From the NCBI GenBank assembly GCA_000004985.1, contig GG738930.1: a stretch of DNA of 64,000 nucleotides, one strand, 5' to 3'. The translations under genes were made by a program, and so were the position numbers. The DNA is from Naegleria gruberi (lineage: Eukaryota). Position 1 is the stretch's first letter, and each line of letters starts with the position of its first letter. This document shows, one piece after another, positions 11,549 through 22,020 of the stretch. Under the pieces are notes generated by a model that was given only the letters and a program-made list of their open reading frames with translations, was not told where the DNA came from and searched no databases.

Positions 11549-12475
11549 TCAATATTCTTCACAAATTATTACCAAATCGGTCAATCTATTGCGTTGATTT
11601 TTCAATTTTTCCATTAATGAGTTCTTCCTCAAATTATTACATTTACCATTGAACTCTTCAATGATATTTCCCTGCTCATCTTGATATTCATTAACAAAAT
11701 TGTCTAAAGCTTGAATTACTTCCGGTATGATTTGATTTTCACTTTTTACATATTCTACAGAAAAGAAATCCAGGTAGGCTTCAATACTCTTTTCCCTGTC
11801 AACAACTTCCATACAATTATATTCAAATCCATCCATTAATTCGTACCAATTAATCTCAAACAATTCATGATATCCTCCACCACACAATTCTTTCGCAACA
11901 TTCAAAAATTCATTTCTGAAAGCAATAGAAATAGGTTTTTCGTGATAGTATCTCAACTTGGAGAAGTGATTCACATCCGCTCCATACTTCAACAATACTC
12001 TAACTTTATCCAAACTTCCACTTTTTGCACAAACATAGAGAATGTGATAAGCTTCCCAAGAGTCCCTTGTATATATTTCATTTGCATTTGCTTTATAATT
12101 CTTCAATAGCCATTCTCCCATCTTGGCCAAATCCGAATCCTTTCTTTCTCTTTCTTCATCTCTAATCACTCGCTCATTGTTATAGTCAACTTTCTCATTC
12201 ATACATAAAACTTTCCAGAGCCAACTTTGTGGAAAACCCTCATTAGAACAAAACTCACATGATCCATATTCTTCAACAAGCCTTTCCAGCTGCCCAATAA
12301 TCCATTCGGAATCAACAAGAACACTCTCGGAATGATTGAAATCATCATCATCACAAATTTTCGAATTTTTAAATAATTTAAATAAATTAATTAGTAAAGG
12401 ATCGTTTTTCTGCAGTCTTTCCAAGTGATGATCGATATAGAGTGAGAGTAAATGCTGAACATCTCGTTGCGACAT
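11549..12475 (-). CDS. hypothetical protein with ankyrin-repeat-like segment
   Basis: 308-aa ORF with ATG at 12475. The segment AYHILYVCAKSGSLDKVRVLLKYGADVNH resembles an ankyrin repeat. It is convergent with the upstream gene. Confidence 0.45.
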   Translation of the reverse strand: MSQRDVQHLLSLYIDHHLERLQKNDPLLINLFKLFKNSKICDDDDFNHSESVLVDSEWIIGQLERLVEEYGSCEFCSNEGFPQSWLWKVLCMNEKVDYNNERVIRDEERERKDSDLAKMGEWLLKNYKANANEIYTRDSWEAYHILYVCAKSGSLDKVRVLLKYGADVNHFSKLRYYHEKPISIAFRNEFLNVAKELCGGGYHELFEINWYELMDGFEYNCMEVVDREKSIEAYLDFFSVEYVKSENQIIPEVIQALDNFVNEYQDEQGNIIEEFNGKCNNLRKNSLMEKLKNQRNRLTDLVIICEEY

Positions 12476-13160
12476 TTTTTTTGAATGAATTTTTCAAGTT
12501 TACAATGAAAATTTGTTTGTTTTTCCTTGTGTGTAAAATATTAAGGTTATCCAGTAATTGACACAGCACGTTTTCCACGAGATTACTGTAAATAACTCAT
12601 CAACACATTACAAATGTCAGTAATCAAAAGATATCAACTGAACTTACCGGTTAATTACAAAACCACAGGATTCTTTACTGAAAATCATGATAATGGTTTC
12701 CATTCCAGACTTACATGTGTATTCATACCACAACTAACAAATATCAACAAAGAATCTTCATCTCACTTTACAATTCGGCTTATAAATTATTTCCCGCCAA
12801 TTATCCAAAATCTACAACAAAACAAAATAGAAAAAAATGCACCAACTTGAAGCCTTGATGTCGCTTTAGATTACCTTAGAGACGGCCAAATACCAAAGAA
12901 AATGATTATTATATGGAAGAGTCCAAAACGCTTCTTTTTAATGATTCCAAACATGTCAAGTACCTTCTCAAGAAGAAATTTGCACTTCATGTTTTTTTGA
13001 CTTTCTCACTAATTATGAGAGTAACCCGTAAAATTTGGGTATGGACTGTGAAAGGAGCTTTGCTAAAATATTTTGTTACTTTCATCCTTTGTGTGTTGTT
13101 CAATAATCAAACAGATGTTGTTGTTTGGCAGAGAAGCAAAATATTAAAAAAACATTTTAG

Positions 13161-14882
13161 ATGACATCGAATAACTCTTCATCCTCGAATGGTGGGGATA
13201 GCACTTCTACTACTTCAGAAACCACAACGACAGAGAGAATGAATTCTCCACAACAAATGTCATTAACTGTCAACAATAATCAGCCGCAAGCCAGTGTTTC
13301 AACACAGTGTGAAATCGAATTGGCAGATATAAAGGATAACCAGATTTCTCCTAACTCTGCTGAAGAACATATTAAATCCTCTGAAACTAGAACACCAAGT
13401 GATTGTGATGACGTCTTATCCACTACTGCTGAAGTTAACTTTGATTGTCAGTCACCAATGAAAAAGCCAACATCAAAGTGTGATTTTGAAATTCCAACTT
13501 CACCACAATCGTTGAATCCAGCTGGATCCAGCACCACTAACCTAATTTCTGATGATAAGCTTGTGAAAAAGTTACCAAACAATAGCAAGTCAGTCACAAT
13601 GATAACACAAGAAGAACAAGCATTCGATACCAAAACTGTAAATAGTTACCAAAGCAAAGCAACCTCTAAGACATCAAAGACATCAGGCGGGTTTTCAGTT
13701 GCCACTTGTTGTGGTACTGTGGAGCTAAACTGTATTCGTGTCTTGTCAATTCTAGGTATGATGATCAACATTATTGCCTTTGTTGCCATGGCAGTTGTGA
13801 TTTCAGTTGCCTTCTCCGTCTCCACTACTAACGAAACTGAATTGTTGATACTCAGAGCTGATGCTAACTTGATGAGTGAAGTAGCTGCTTCTTCACTAAA
13901 GATTGCCGTGTATTCTAATCAAACCGAACCCTATATTTCCAGATGGAAAACAACTAAAGATAAGGCCGTTGCAGCTATTGCTTCGATCGTTGATGCCCTC
14001 CCACCCGATGTTTTCCTCAGACTTCTCAATGGTTCTACATACTTCAACTCTAGCGCAATTCCAGTCAATCCCTATGAACAACAAGTGGTAAACCTGTTAA
14101 AATCAGGCAAGCAGAAGGAAGCCATCACTCTCATTGAAAGTAAGAATTATACTTCCTACTCTCTTGGATGGAAGAATGTGGTTTCTAACTTGTTGACCTA
14201 TGCAAAGGAATTGGCAAGAAACAAGAATGATTACTTGTTGACCTCTTCAAGTGTCAACATGGGTCTCATTGGTTTTTCAATTCTGCTGGTTGTTCCAATT
14301 GTGTTGGCCATCTTTATTATGGCCATCAATAGAGAAGGTGTTTCTCAAAAACGTCTCAAAAAGGCAAATGCTGTCATGTTACTCGACACACTGCAGGATC
14401 ATGCACTCAAAGCACTCTTTAGAAAGCATTGTGAAACTGAAAGATGTTTGGAATCATTTGAATTTTTGGAAAAGATTCATTACTATAAGGAATTCTGTAA
14501 TGACTCATTCGATATTCAAGTCAAACTTTATGACAGTAGTCACCCAACACAAACAGAAAAGAAGTCCCTCGAATCCGATCTCAAGGAAGTTGAACAAAAG
14601 AAGTATGAGGTTGCCTTTGAAATTTTCACAGAATTTATTGATGAACATGGAGAAAAGGCACTTGTTGTCACAAGCCATTTGTGTGAAGATGTCAAGATGA
14701 AATTGGATCATTTCAATACAGGACAATCAGACCATTTGAGTGACGAACTATTCGACAAACTTCAAACTGAAGTTGCCATCCACTTGTTGGATTGCCATGC
14801 CAGATTCAAGCAAAGTATTGCATTCCAAAAGAAGATGAAAATTCAAGATATTCGTTCCAAAACCAAGATTACAGGTAAATGA
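13161..14882 (+). CDS. two-TM membrane protein with C-terminal RGS (regulator of G-protein signalling) domain
   Basis: ATG at 13161. Ser/Thr-rich N-terminus. TM1 is LSILGMMINIIAFVAMAVVISVAFSV, followed by a ~150-aa loop with N-glycosylation sequons, then TM2 GLIGFSILLVVPIVLAIFIMAI. RGS signature: ALFRKHCETERCLESFEFLEKIHYYKE ... EIFTEFIDEHGEKALV ... LFDKLQTEVAIHLLDCHARFKQS. Confidence 0.65.
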   Translation: MTSNNSSSSNGGDSTSTTSETTTTERMNSPQQMSLTVNNNQPQASVSTQCEIELADIKDNQISPNSAEEHIKSSETRTPSDCDDVLSTTAEVNFDCQSPMKKPTSKCDFEIPTSPQSLNPAGSSTTNLISDDKLVKKLPNNSKSVTMITQEEQAFDTKTVNSYQSKATSKTSKTSGGFSVATCCGTVELNCIRVLSILGMMINIIAFVAMAVVISVAFSVSTTNETELLILRADANLMSEVAASSLKIAVYSNQTEPYISRWKTTKDKAVAAIASIVDALPPDVFLRLLNGSTYFNSSAIPVNPYEQQVVNLLKSGKQKEAITLIESKNYTSYSLGWKNVVSNLLTYAKELARNKNDYLLTSSSVNMGLIGFSILLVVPIVLAIFIMAINREGVSQKRLKKANAVMLLDTLQDHALKALFRKHCETERCLESFEFLEKIHYYKEFCNDSFDIQVKLYDSSHPTQTEKKSLESDLKEVEQKKYEVAFEIFTEFIDEHGEKALVVTSHLCEDVKMKLDHFNTGQSDHLSDELFDKLQTEVAIHLLDCHARFKQSIAFQKKMKIQDIRSKTKITGK

Positions 14883-15213
14883 ATAAGTTGATTTTTATCA
14901 AAACCTTCCTTGGTATTGTATCATGAATAAACCAAATTACCGAAATTACTTTTTGGTTTTATTCTTGGCGAGTGGTATTCGATTATTTCGAATCGTCGGC
15001 ACTCTTGTCAATTATTTGCAGTACTGTCATTTGTAAATGTTTCTGCACATTATTGATCATCCATTGTCAGGTGTTTCAAGTGAAAAGTCAAATGAATGAA
15101 ATGTTATCTAGATCACTAACCAAACCTTGCAACAGAATCTGGTACCAACAAGATCACCAGGGATTCCAATAACTCTTGACAAGCGAAGTTTTTTTCATCA
15201 TTTTTCATTCATT

Positions 15214-18200
15214 TCAATTATATATACTTTGAGTAATCCAAGTATCCAATGGAATATTGATAGGACTTGAATATTTATCCAATGCAATCTCTTCTCCTTT
15301 CATTAGATTTTCAGAAAAGAGAGATTTTGATTTTTCACTTCTCAGTTCCTTGTAAGTTGAGTTTGAGATGTGAACTTGATTGACCTTTCCTGTTGCTTCC
15401 ATCATTTGAGCAATTTCAACTGCAGGTCCAAATAAATCATATGTTCGTTTCACTTTTCCAACAACTGCTGCGATCACATCATTTCCAGTGTGAATTCCCA
15501 ATCGAACTGATAATAAATGATCAGTATTTGTGTAGGTAGTATATTGTTTCATGTTTCGAATCATTGCAAGACCTCCCTTTACAATGTTATCTGCATGATT
15601 GGTCTCACTCTTCGAAAGACCTGAAGCAACAAAGTAACAATCACCAATGGTCTTGATTTTCTCCAAATTCAGTTCAGTACAAACATTGTCAAAGAGTGTG
15701 AAAATGTCATGTAAGATTTTGACAACATCTTTTGGTGATTTTCTTGAAGAGAAATCAGTGAAACCAACCATATCACAATATAACATGGAGCAGGAATCGA
15801 TTGTGTCAATGACAGTCTGGCCCATGCTCAATCTTTCTGCAATACTTTTTGGGAAAATCTTTTCTGCAATTCTTGTCATGTGTTCTTCTGGTGTTGACAA
15901 TGATTTGTAATCTCTGAGATAGGCCACATAGGATGGTTTTCCATCAGTGACAATTTGTGAAATTTTAATTTCCAAAGAAATGATCTTTCCAGATTTGGTT
16001 TCTCCCTTCACTTTCCGTGTTACATCCACAACGCCATTTTCTCTACTTCGACATCTATCCAAATAACTGTCATGTTTCAACCTATCTCTACTGTTGCAAA
16101 TAATCTTGACATTTCTTCCAACAATTTCCTTTGGTTCATATCCAAATGTAGATGAAGCTGCCTTGTTAAAAACTTGAATAATTCCCTTGTCATTAATTGT
16201 AATGACTGGAATGATACTTAGATCAGTAATAGCATGTTTGAAAGAGTTTGTAACAGCTGCCTGATGTTCATTATCAATTTCCTTGAAGAATTTCAAATAG
16301 ACACAAAAGTGAATTTCTTGAAGTTTCTTAATTGGAATAATTCTTGCAGTTACAATGAAGAATTGTTTAAGCATGGTAGCTTTGGCTCTGAGATATCGTT
16401 CCTCTGAGAGTGATTTCCTTCTTGTTGCTTTTTCTTCCTCACTCAATTGACTATATGGCTTAATATCATCGAGATAGTTCTGATCAGATCCAATTTTATC
16501 TGCCTTCAGAGTGCTATTCTCTGTTGGACCCAAGAATTCATACATGGCTTGATGAAGTTCAACGGAGGCATCATCCAAGAATAATTCACTAACATGTTCT
16601 CCCATTGCACTGAATGAATAAACTCCAAATAAATCCTCTGCTTCCTTATTAAGAAACTCAATGGATCCAAGTTTGTCAAAAACAAGAACTGGAAATCCAC
16701 AATGAACAAATTGATGAACTAAATAATTCAATTGAGAGAATTCTACCTGATGTGTAAATCCAACTTCATCACAAATTTCTCTCTGACTCAATACAGTAGT
16801 ATCTGTTGTTGACCTGATTGAAATTTCACTTGTTGTATCAGAAAAGTTTCCATCAGATTCTTCCAATCGTTGCTTCAATTTTGAAAGGAATCTTTGATTA
16901 ATTGACTGTTTGTATCCTTGATCATTTCTTGACATTCCTCTATCCACAGGAGGTGGTCGTTCCTGAGTGGTGTTTGTTGTTGGTGTTGGTCTTTGTTTTG
17001 GTACAGAACTAGCTTCTCTCATATAGACACTACTCTCTCTTTGAAGTGCCCCTCTTGGAAGCTCAGAAGATCTCGTCACTACACTATTTTCTCTTTGAAG
17101 TTGACCACGAGGTCTTTCAGAAGATGACGACTGATTCCTGACAGAGTTTTCTCTCTGTAAAAATCCTCGAGGTGCTCCACTTGTCATGATGCTGTTCTCT
17201 CTCTGGAGAGTTCCTCTTGGATTTTGAGAGGCAATCATCAGACTATTCTCTCTTTGTAAAACAGAGGTTGCTCTCCTATTAGAGGAAGTCATTTCAGTAA
17301 TTGGTGTCTTTTCTGTTGTTGAGGTAAAAACTGAATTTTCTCTCTGGAGAGTTCCTCTCTTAATCATTTGTGAATTTGATGAAACCAGAGGAGGAGGAGG
17401 AGCCTGTTGTTGAAGAATATCCTTTGTAACAAGTAAGGAAGATCCCTCTCTGATGAGTATTCCTTTTGGTTTTGATGACTCGCCTGCTATTGAATTATCT
17501 CTAATCAATCGAAAACTTGGCTTTAAATCCACACCCTCCAGAATATTCCGAGAACTTGATGTATTGATTGATGAGGAATCGAGTGGAGCTGATGATACAG
17601 AGCTTGTTGGTTGCTGTTGATTTTGCTTCTTTGCCAAGAATTCTGCAAAAGCTAGTTGATGTTCATCGAGTAATTGTTGAGTGGAGGAGCTTATCTCAAC
17701 ACTGCCTCCACTACCAGAATTCATGTTATTCTTTGGAGTTGGTTTGAAATTCACACCAGAGAGAATATTCCTCGAACTCTGACTATTCAATGTGCTTTTT
17801 GGTGATGAAGAATTTTGAAGAGAAATTGCTGATGGTGAGGAAACTTCAGGTTGAGCTTCTTGTATGGTTATCTTTTTAATCATGGTACCTCCAGAGCCAG
17901 CCAGTATATTCCTCGAGCTCTGGCTATTCAATGCGCCACCTGTTGTTGCTATCTGTTCCTTCTTTTGTGCAATGTATTCCCTTAATTCCCGATCATCATC
18001 ATCATTGCTTAATTGAATTTTTCTGGATGATGAAGAGAAGCCATTGGCATTCAGTGGAATCTTTCCATTGTTTGCCATCATGATGGAAGAATTGGCAAAT
18101 ATATTTCTCGAACTCTGATGATTGAATTGTGCTGATGATTGTTGAGCTGTTGTTGGAGTTGTTTTCATCTTTTGAGCCAAAAACTCCTGTAAGGCCTTCT

Positions 18201-18231
18201 CATCTTCATTGTATCCATACAAATCGTCCAT
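15214..18231 (-). CDS. PAS-domain adenylyl/guanylyl cyclase (class III), paralogue 1
   Basis: Catalytic motifs MLYCDMVGFTDFSS, KIKTIGDCYFVASGL, GIHTGNDVIAAVVG and FGPAVEIAQMMEATG. PAS/PAC region upstream. The track start at 18369 is TTG; the ATG at 18231 (MDDLYGYNEDEKALQEFLAQK) aligns with the paralogue start MTNYDDDDDDKALQEFLAKK. Confidence 0.85.
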   Translation of the reverse strand: MDDLYGYNEDEKALQEFLAQKMKTTPTTAQQSSAQFNHQSSRNIFANSSIMMANNGKIPLNANGFSSSSRKIQLSNDDDDRELREYIAQKKEQIATTGGALNSQSSRNILAGSGGTMIKKITIQEAQPEVSSPSAISLQNSSSPKSTLNSQSSRNILSGVNFKPTPKNNMNSGSGGSVEISSSTQQLLDEHQLAFAEFLAKKQNQQQPTSSVSSAPLDSSSINTSSSRNILEGVDLKPSFRLIRDNSIAGESSKPKGILIREGSSLLVTKDILQQQAPPPPLVSSNSQMIKRGTLQRENSVFTSTTEKTPITEMTSSNRRATSVLQRENSLMIASQNPRGTLQRENSIMTSGAPRGFLQRENSVRNQSSSSERPRGQLQRENSVVTRSSELPRGALQRESSVYMREASSVPKQRPTPTTNTTQERPPPVDRGMSRNDQGYKQSINQRFLSKLKQRLEESDGNFSDTTSEISIRSTTDTTVLSQREICDEVGFTHQVEFSQLNYLVHQFVHCGFPVLVFDKLGSIEFLNKEAEDLFGVYSFSAMGEHVSELFLDDASVELHQAMYEFLGPTENSTLKADKIGSDQNYLDDIKPYSQLSEEEKATRRKSLSEERYLRAKATMLKQFFIVTARIIPIKKLQEIHFCVYLKFFKEIDNEHQAAVTNSFKHAITDLSIIPVITINDKGIIQVFNKAASSTFGYEPKEIVGRNVKIICNSRDRLKHDSYLDRCRSRENGVVDVTRKVKGETKSGKIISLEIKISQIVTDGKPSYVAYLRDYKSLSTPEEHMTRIAEKIFPKSIAERLSMGQTVIDTIDSCSMLYCDMVGFTDFSSRKSPKDVVKILHDIFTLFDNVCTELNLEKIKTIGDCYFVASGLSKSETNHADNIVKGGLAMIRNMKQYTTYTNTDHLLSVRLGIHTGNDVIAAVVGKVKRTYDLFGPAVEIAQMMEATGKVNQVHISNSTYKELRSEKSKSLFSENLMKGEEIALDKYSSPINIPLDTWITQSIYN

Positions 18232-18733
18232 CTTTTCTTTGTCAATAAATGTACAAGGTAAATTATCTTCCGTCTTATTAAGGCACTTAATATTCTTCTT
18301 CTTCTGCTTCCAATTATTGAATTGATAATACAAAAAACAAACTCTAGCAGCAGTAGCAGAACAATACAAGTTGGGTTGATCTTTTTCTTTTACGTTAACT
18401 GTTTTGAATATTATTGTGTTTGCTAGTTTGCAAGTTTCCTTGCTTGTGTGAAGAGTTTTTTCTAAACCTCAAATCAGAAGTTCATGATGCCTTATTCTTA
18501 AAGTGCGGATGAGGGCACTTTATGACCAGTTATGGAAGAGAGCTGTTGTGTGAGATTCTAAGGGCCTTGTTGAGGGAACAATTTCACAATTACATTCATC
18601 AAGCATTGAAATCATGAAAAGTCTTGATATTTAATATATATATAAATAAATGGTCGAAAATTGATAAAGAAAATTTGAATATTTAATTTCTTGTGAATTT
18701 GTAATGAAATAATTATTAAAATTGAGTATTTAA

Positions 18734-19354
18734 TTATTCAATTTTATCCTTTTCCAATACTTTTGAATGATCCAATTGTTTTGGTATTTCCAATGAATTT
18801 GAATGTTTGGAAGAAACACAACAAAATGCCCAAATTATTAATCCAAACAAGAAAATCAGCAAAATTCCAACAATTACCATCAAGAATGCAATCACTACAA
18901 ATGCAATTCCATATCCAACAAGTAAATTAAACAAAAATTCCAAATCTTCTTCTTTCCATCCCCATTCCTTTCTGAGATAAATTCCTATTCGAAAGAATTG
19001 ATCATAAATTTGTTTACGTGTTGGATCGGAGAGTGTTTCATAGGCTTTAGTCATTTGGGAATATTGTTCTGTGAGGAGGGAAAAGTCACTCCGATTAAAT
19101 CCGAATTGTGTTAGAGTTTCGTCTGATTGTGGAGATTCGTCTTGAACCAAGGATTGAATTTGTTCATATCTTTCCTTGACGGTTTTAAATTTCTCGTTAA
19201 TTTCTTCGATAGTTGCTGAACGTGTTAAATCCAACACTGAATAAAAATCGGAAGTTTCTTCTTCATCTTGTTGGAAACTAGAAGAAACTAGAACCACAAG
19301 AATTGACATGAAAATTAAAAGGATAATACCTCTCCCAACCATCATTGATGCCAT
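18734..19354 (-). CDS. hypothetical membrane protein (signal peptide or N-terminal TM plus C-terminal TM)
   Basis: 206-aa ORF. Hydrophobic N-terminus IILLIFMSILVVLVSS and C-terminal helix VIAFLMVIVGILLIFLFGLIIWAF. No catalytic motif recognised. Confidence 0.4.
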   Translation of the reverse strand: MASMMVGRGIILLIFMSILVVLVSSSFQQDEEETSDFYSVLDLTRSATIEEINEKFKTVKERYEQIQSLVQDESPQSDETLTQFGFNRSDFSLLTEQYSQMTKAYETLSDPTRKQIYDQFFRIGIYLRKEWGWKEEDLEFLFNLLVGYGIAFVVIAFLMVIVGILLIFLFGLIIWAFCCVSSKHSNSLEIPKQLDHSKVLEKDKIE

Positions 19355-19421
19355 TTTTTATTTTAATATTAAATTAAATAATCAAATAATTAGCTCCTTC
19401 TATTTCTAGAAACAAAGTTTC

Positions 19422-20303
19422 CTAATTTGTAATCAAATCGTACAAAATGAAACCTCCAGAAATTGCCAAAGAGGTAGCAATACTAATCTTCCATCCTCTG
19501 AAAAATCCAGAAATTCCTTCTTCCTTATAAGTTTTTTGGAAACAATCCAAAGTTCCAGAAAAAGTTTTTTCCTTCTTGTCAGCTTGAACTTGAAGTTTTC
19601 TTTCGACAGTTTCCAATGGATAGCAGATGAGAAAGTTGGAAAATGAAATGAGTTGGGCGATTAGGAATTTGGCCCTGATGTCGTTTGGATATGGATTGAC
19701 ACTTGTCAAAATGTCATACATGACAAAATAGGAAAATCTGTATACGATTAATTTGATTAAGGAAGCGTCAAGACCAACAAATAGAGCAGAATAACCATTG
19801 GTTTCAATAGTCTTCTTTAAAACATCGATTGGACCTGAATATTGTCTCTTGCCAATTGTGTCAAATGCCAATTTAAATCTGACATAGGCTAATGGTCTTG
19901 TAAGAGCTTCCATGGCAGTTCCTATCAAAGCTCCACCAACTACATTTCTCAAATAGTACTTTCCCAAGTCAGTGCTTGGATCAAATTTTGGGATTATATT
20001 GAAAATCTTCATTAACATTGGAGAAAACATGCCAGTCAAGATATTTTTCAATAATTCAACAGGAAATCCTCTGAACCAACTGGAAATTCCTTGATCTTGT
20101 TTAATTTGTTGCAGGATTGTAATGGTATTCAACTGTTTATCACCAATTTGCTTGGCCAATTGATGATCGGCTTGGTGAGATTGAAGAATGCATGCGGCTG
20201 TGAAAAGAGGACAAATTGGCAATTTAACAAGTAGACTGGACGAAACCTTTGCTACAATACCGACGGTCACCTGTACGAGTGGGCTGTTGTTGCTTGTTTG
20301 CAT
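19422..20303 (-). CDS. mitochondrial carrier family protein (ADP/ATP-carrier-like)
   Basis: 293 aa with ATG at 20303. Threefold ~100-aa repeat structure with six hydrophobic helices. The C-terminal motif FSGTLDCFQKTYKEEGISGFFRGW resembles the AAC signature. Confidence 0.7.
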   Translation of the reverse strand: MQTSNNSPLVQVTVGIVAKVSSSLLVKLPICPLFTAACILQSHQADHQLAKQIGDKQLNTITILQQIKQDQGISSWFRGFPVELLKNILTGMFSPMLMKIFNIIPKFDPSTDLGKYYLRNVVGGALIGTAMEALTRPLAYVRFKLAFDTIGKRQYSGPIDVLKKTIETNGYSALFVGLDASLIKLIVYRFSYFVMYDILTSVNPYPNDIRAKFLIAQLISFSNFLICYPLETVERKLQVQADKKEKTFSGTLDCFQKTYKEEGISGFFRGWKISIATSLAISGGFILYDLITN

Positions 20304-20322
20304 TTTTTTGTTTTGACCGACG

Positions 20323-21733
20323 ATGAAAAAAATACCTCAACAAGACCATCCTCCGGATACGGAAGGGAGTAATTTGCTTGCTGACAGGATTTTTGTGTTA
20401 GAGAGAGCAATTAAAACCTACCAAAAGGAAAACAATAATCTCCGTGACTATCTTCAACAACTTGTAAATATATGTAATGGTCACCCGTTATTGAATAATA
20501 ATAATAATAATCCCATCAAACCTGTAAATAATAATCTGATCAATACCCAACCATCAGAAAATGAAAATCTATTTATTACTAGAAATCCAGTAAATGTTAG
20601 AAATCTACCAACTAGTAGAAATTTAATTAATGGTGGAAATTTCTTGACTGAGACAGTTCAAATATGCGATAGTAATCCTAAAAATAGAACTGTCAGTTAT
20701 GCTGATATTACAAGATTAGCTCCTATTAAAGCTCAGCCATCTATTAAGAAAACAATAGCAAAACAAAAATCAACAACTAATAAGATGAAAAGAAATATGG
20801 CAACTAATACTAGACCTAACAAACGTAAATCTAATTACAATCTTAATCAAATAATTAATGTAATTTGCTACAAAGATGTTACTAACGAATTTGTTGAACA
20901 AATTACAGACCTACTCGGTGACTCTGTAATCATTAGAGTTAATCGATACTGTAATAATATTATTAATGTAATTTGCCCTGATGAAACCAGTTATAAAGAG
21001 TGTTTCAATCAATTAGTGCAAGGAAGTCATGGAGGAAAATTCATATTAGAATGCTTTCCATCTCCAGCAATCTTTAATCCTAAACCTTTAGCACTTTCAC
21101 ATACTACTTCCAGTAAAACTACTCACCTTAAAATGCTAGAAAATATTATTAGCAAATATATATTGGAAGATAATATTTCTGTTGAGGAACTCTACACTAA
21201 CTATTCTCATAACCAATTTATAATTAGAATATCATTTGAGGATCAAACTATTTGCTCTCAAATGGCACAAAATCTTGGTTTAAATCAATATAAAACTATT
21301 GAACAGATTAGAAATGAAACCAAGGAGACAACATCTCAATGCTCTATTCCAATTAATTATACTAATGATGAAATTAAAAAAGGAATTATCCAAGCATTTA
21401 CCAGAATTAATAAGACTCTCCAAGAAAACAATCTTACCATTACTGATACAACTAACCGCTCTGGAACAACTAAATACAAATTAATTAAAATTGTACACAA
21501 TGATATGGATGAAATGAATGAATTTTGCAAGAAATCTATCTCCCTAAAGGATAAACAAAGAAATCATAGTGGAAATGGATTTAAATTTAAGCCATCTATT
21601 CAAATATTGGATTCTAAAATCCAAAGGAAAAGTAAATTACACCCATATCTTCCTCAATTAGAGTTATCACCTATTGATAAACTCGTATTTATTGATGAAC
21701 CAATTAGACAACTACCAACTACTACTATTGTTA

Positions 21734-21738
<5 letters not shown>
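20323..21738 (+). CDS. LINE ORF1 protein (coiled-coil nucleic-acid chaperone-like)
   Basis: 471-aa ORF beginning 20 nt inside the element. The N-terminal heptad region is LLADRIFVLERAIKTYQKENNNLRDYLQQLV. Confidence 0.6.
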
Positions 21739-21770
<32 letters not shown>

Positions 21771-21772
21771 TC
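21736..21772. repeat. (AAT)n microsatellite, ~12 units
   Basis: Directly visible trinucleotide run at the ORF1/ORF2 junction of the LINE; it encodes a poly-Asn tract. Confidence 0.9.
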
Positions 21773-22020
21773 ACAAATGCAAATAATAGAATTGATAAAA
21801 TTGAAAAAAGTATTATAGATTTAACTCAACAGCTCATGCTCACTAATAACAATATTAATAATATAGTTGAAATACTTAAACAAGCAAATATTATTAGACC
21901 TAATAATGATAACAAAATGTTAAATAATCCTAATAATAAGATGTTAGAGGATTCTAATAATAGTAATAATAATATGTTAGATGATGAATTAAGTTCATCA
22001 TCTAATCCATCTACTCTACC

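Noticed and set aside
18232-18369. Track start of the PAS-cyclase at 18369 (and the starts at 9856, 22021, 48647, 51100 and 57220)
   Set aside because: The codon there is TTG or another non-ATG; the ORF track uses alternative bacterial-type starts. In this eukaryote the first in-frame ATG was used instead, or the ORF was treated as continuing upstream.
18470-18500. Short palindrome AAAGTGCGGATGAGGGCACTTT in the cyclase 5' region
   Set aside because: A single 7-bp stem with no repeats elsewhere in the window; too small to interpret.
18734-19354. Possible DnaJ J-domain in the 206-aa membrane ORF (DFYSVLDLTRSATIEEINEKFK)
   Set aside because: The obligatory HPD tripeptide is absent and the spacing does not fit a J-domain. 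It is kept as a hypothetical membrane protein.
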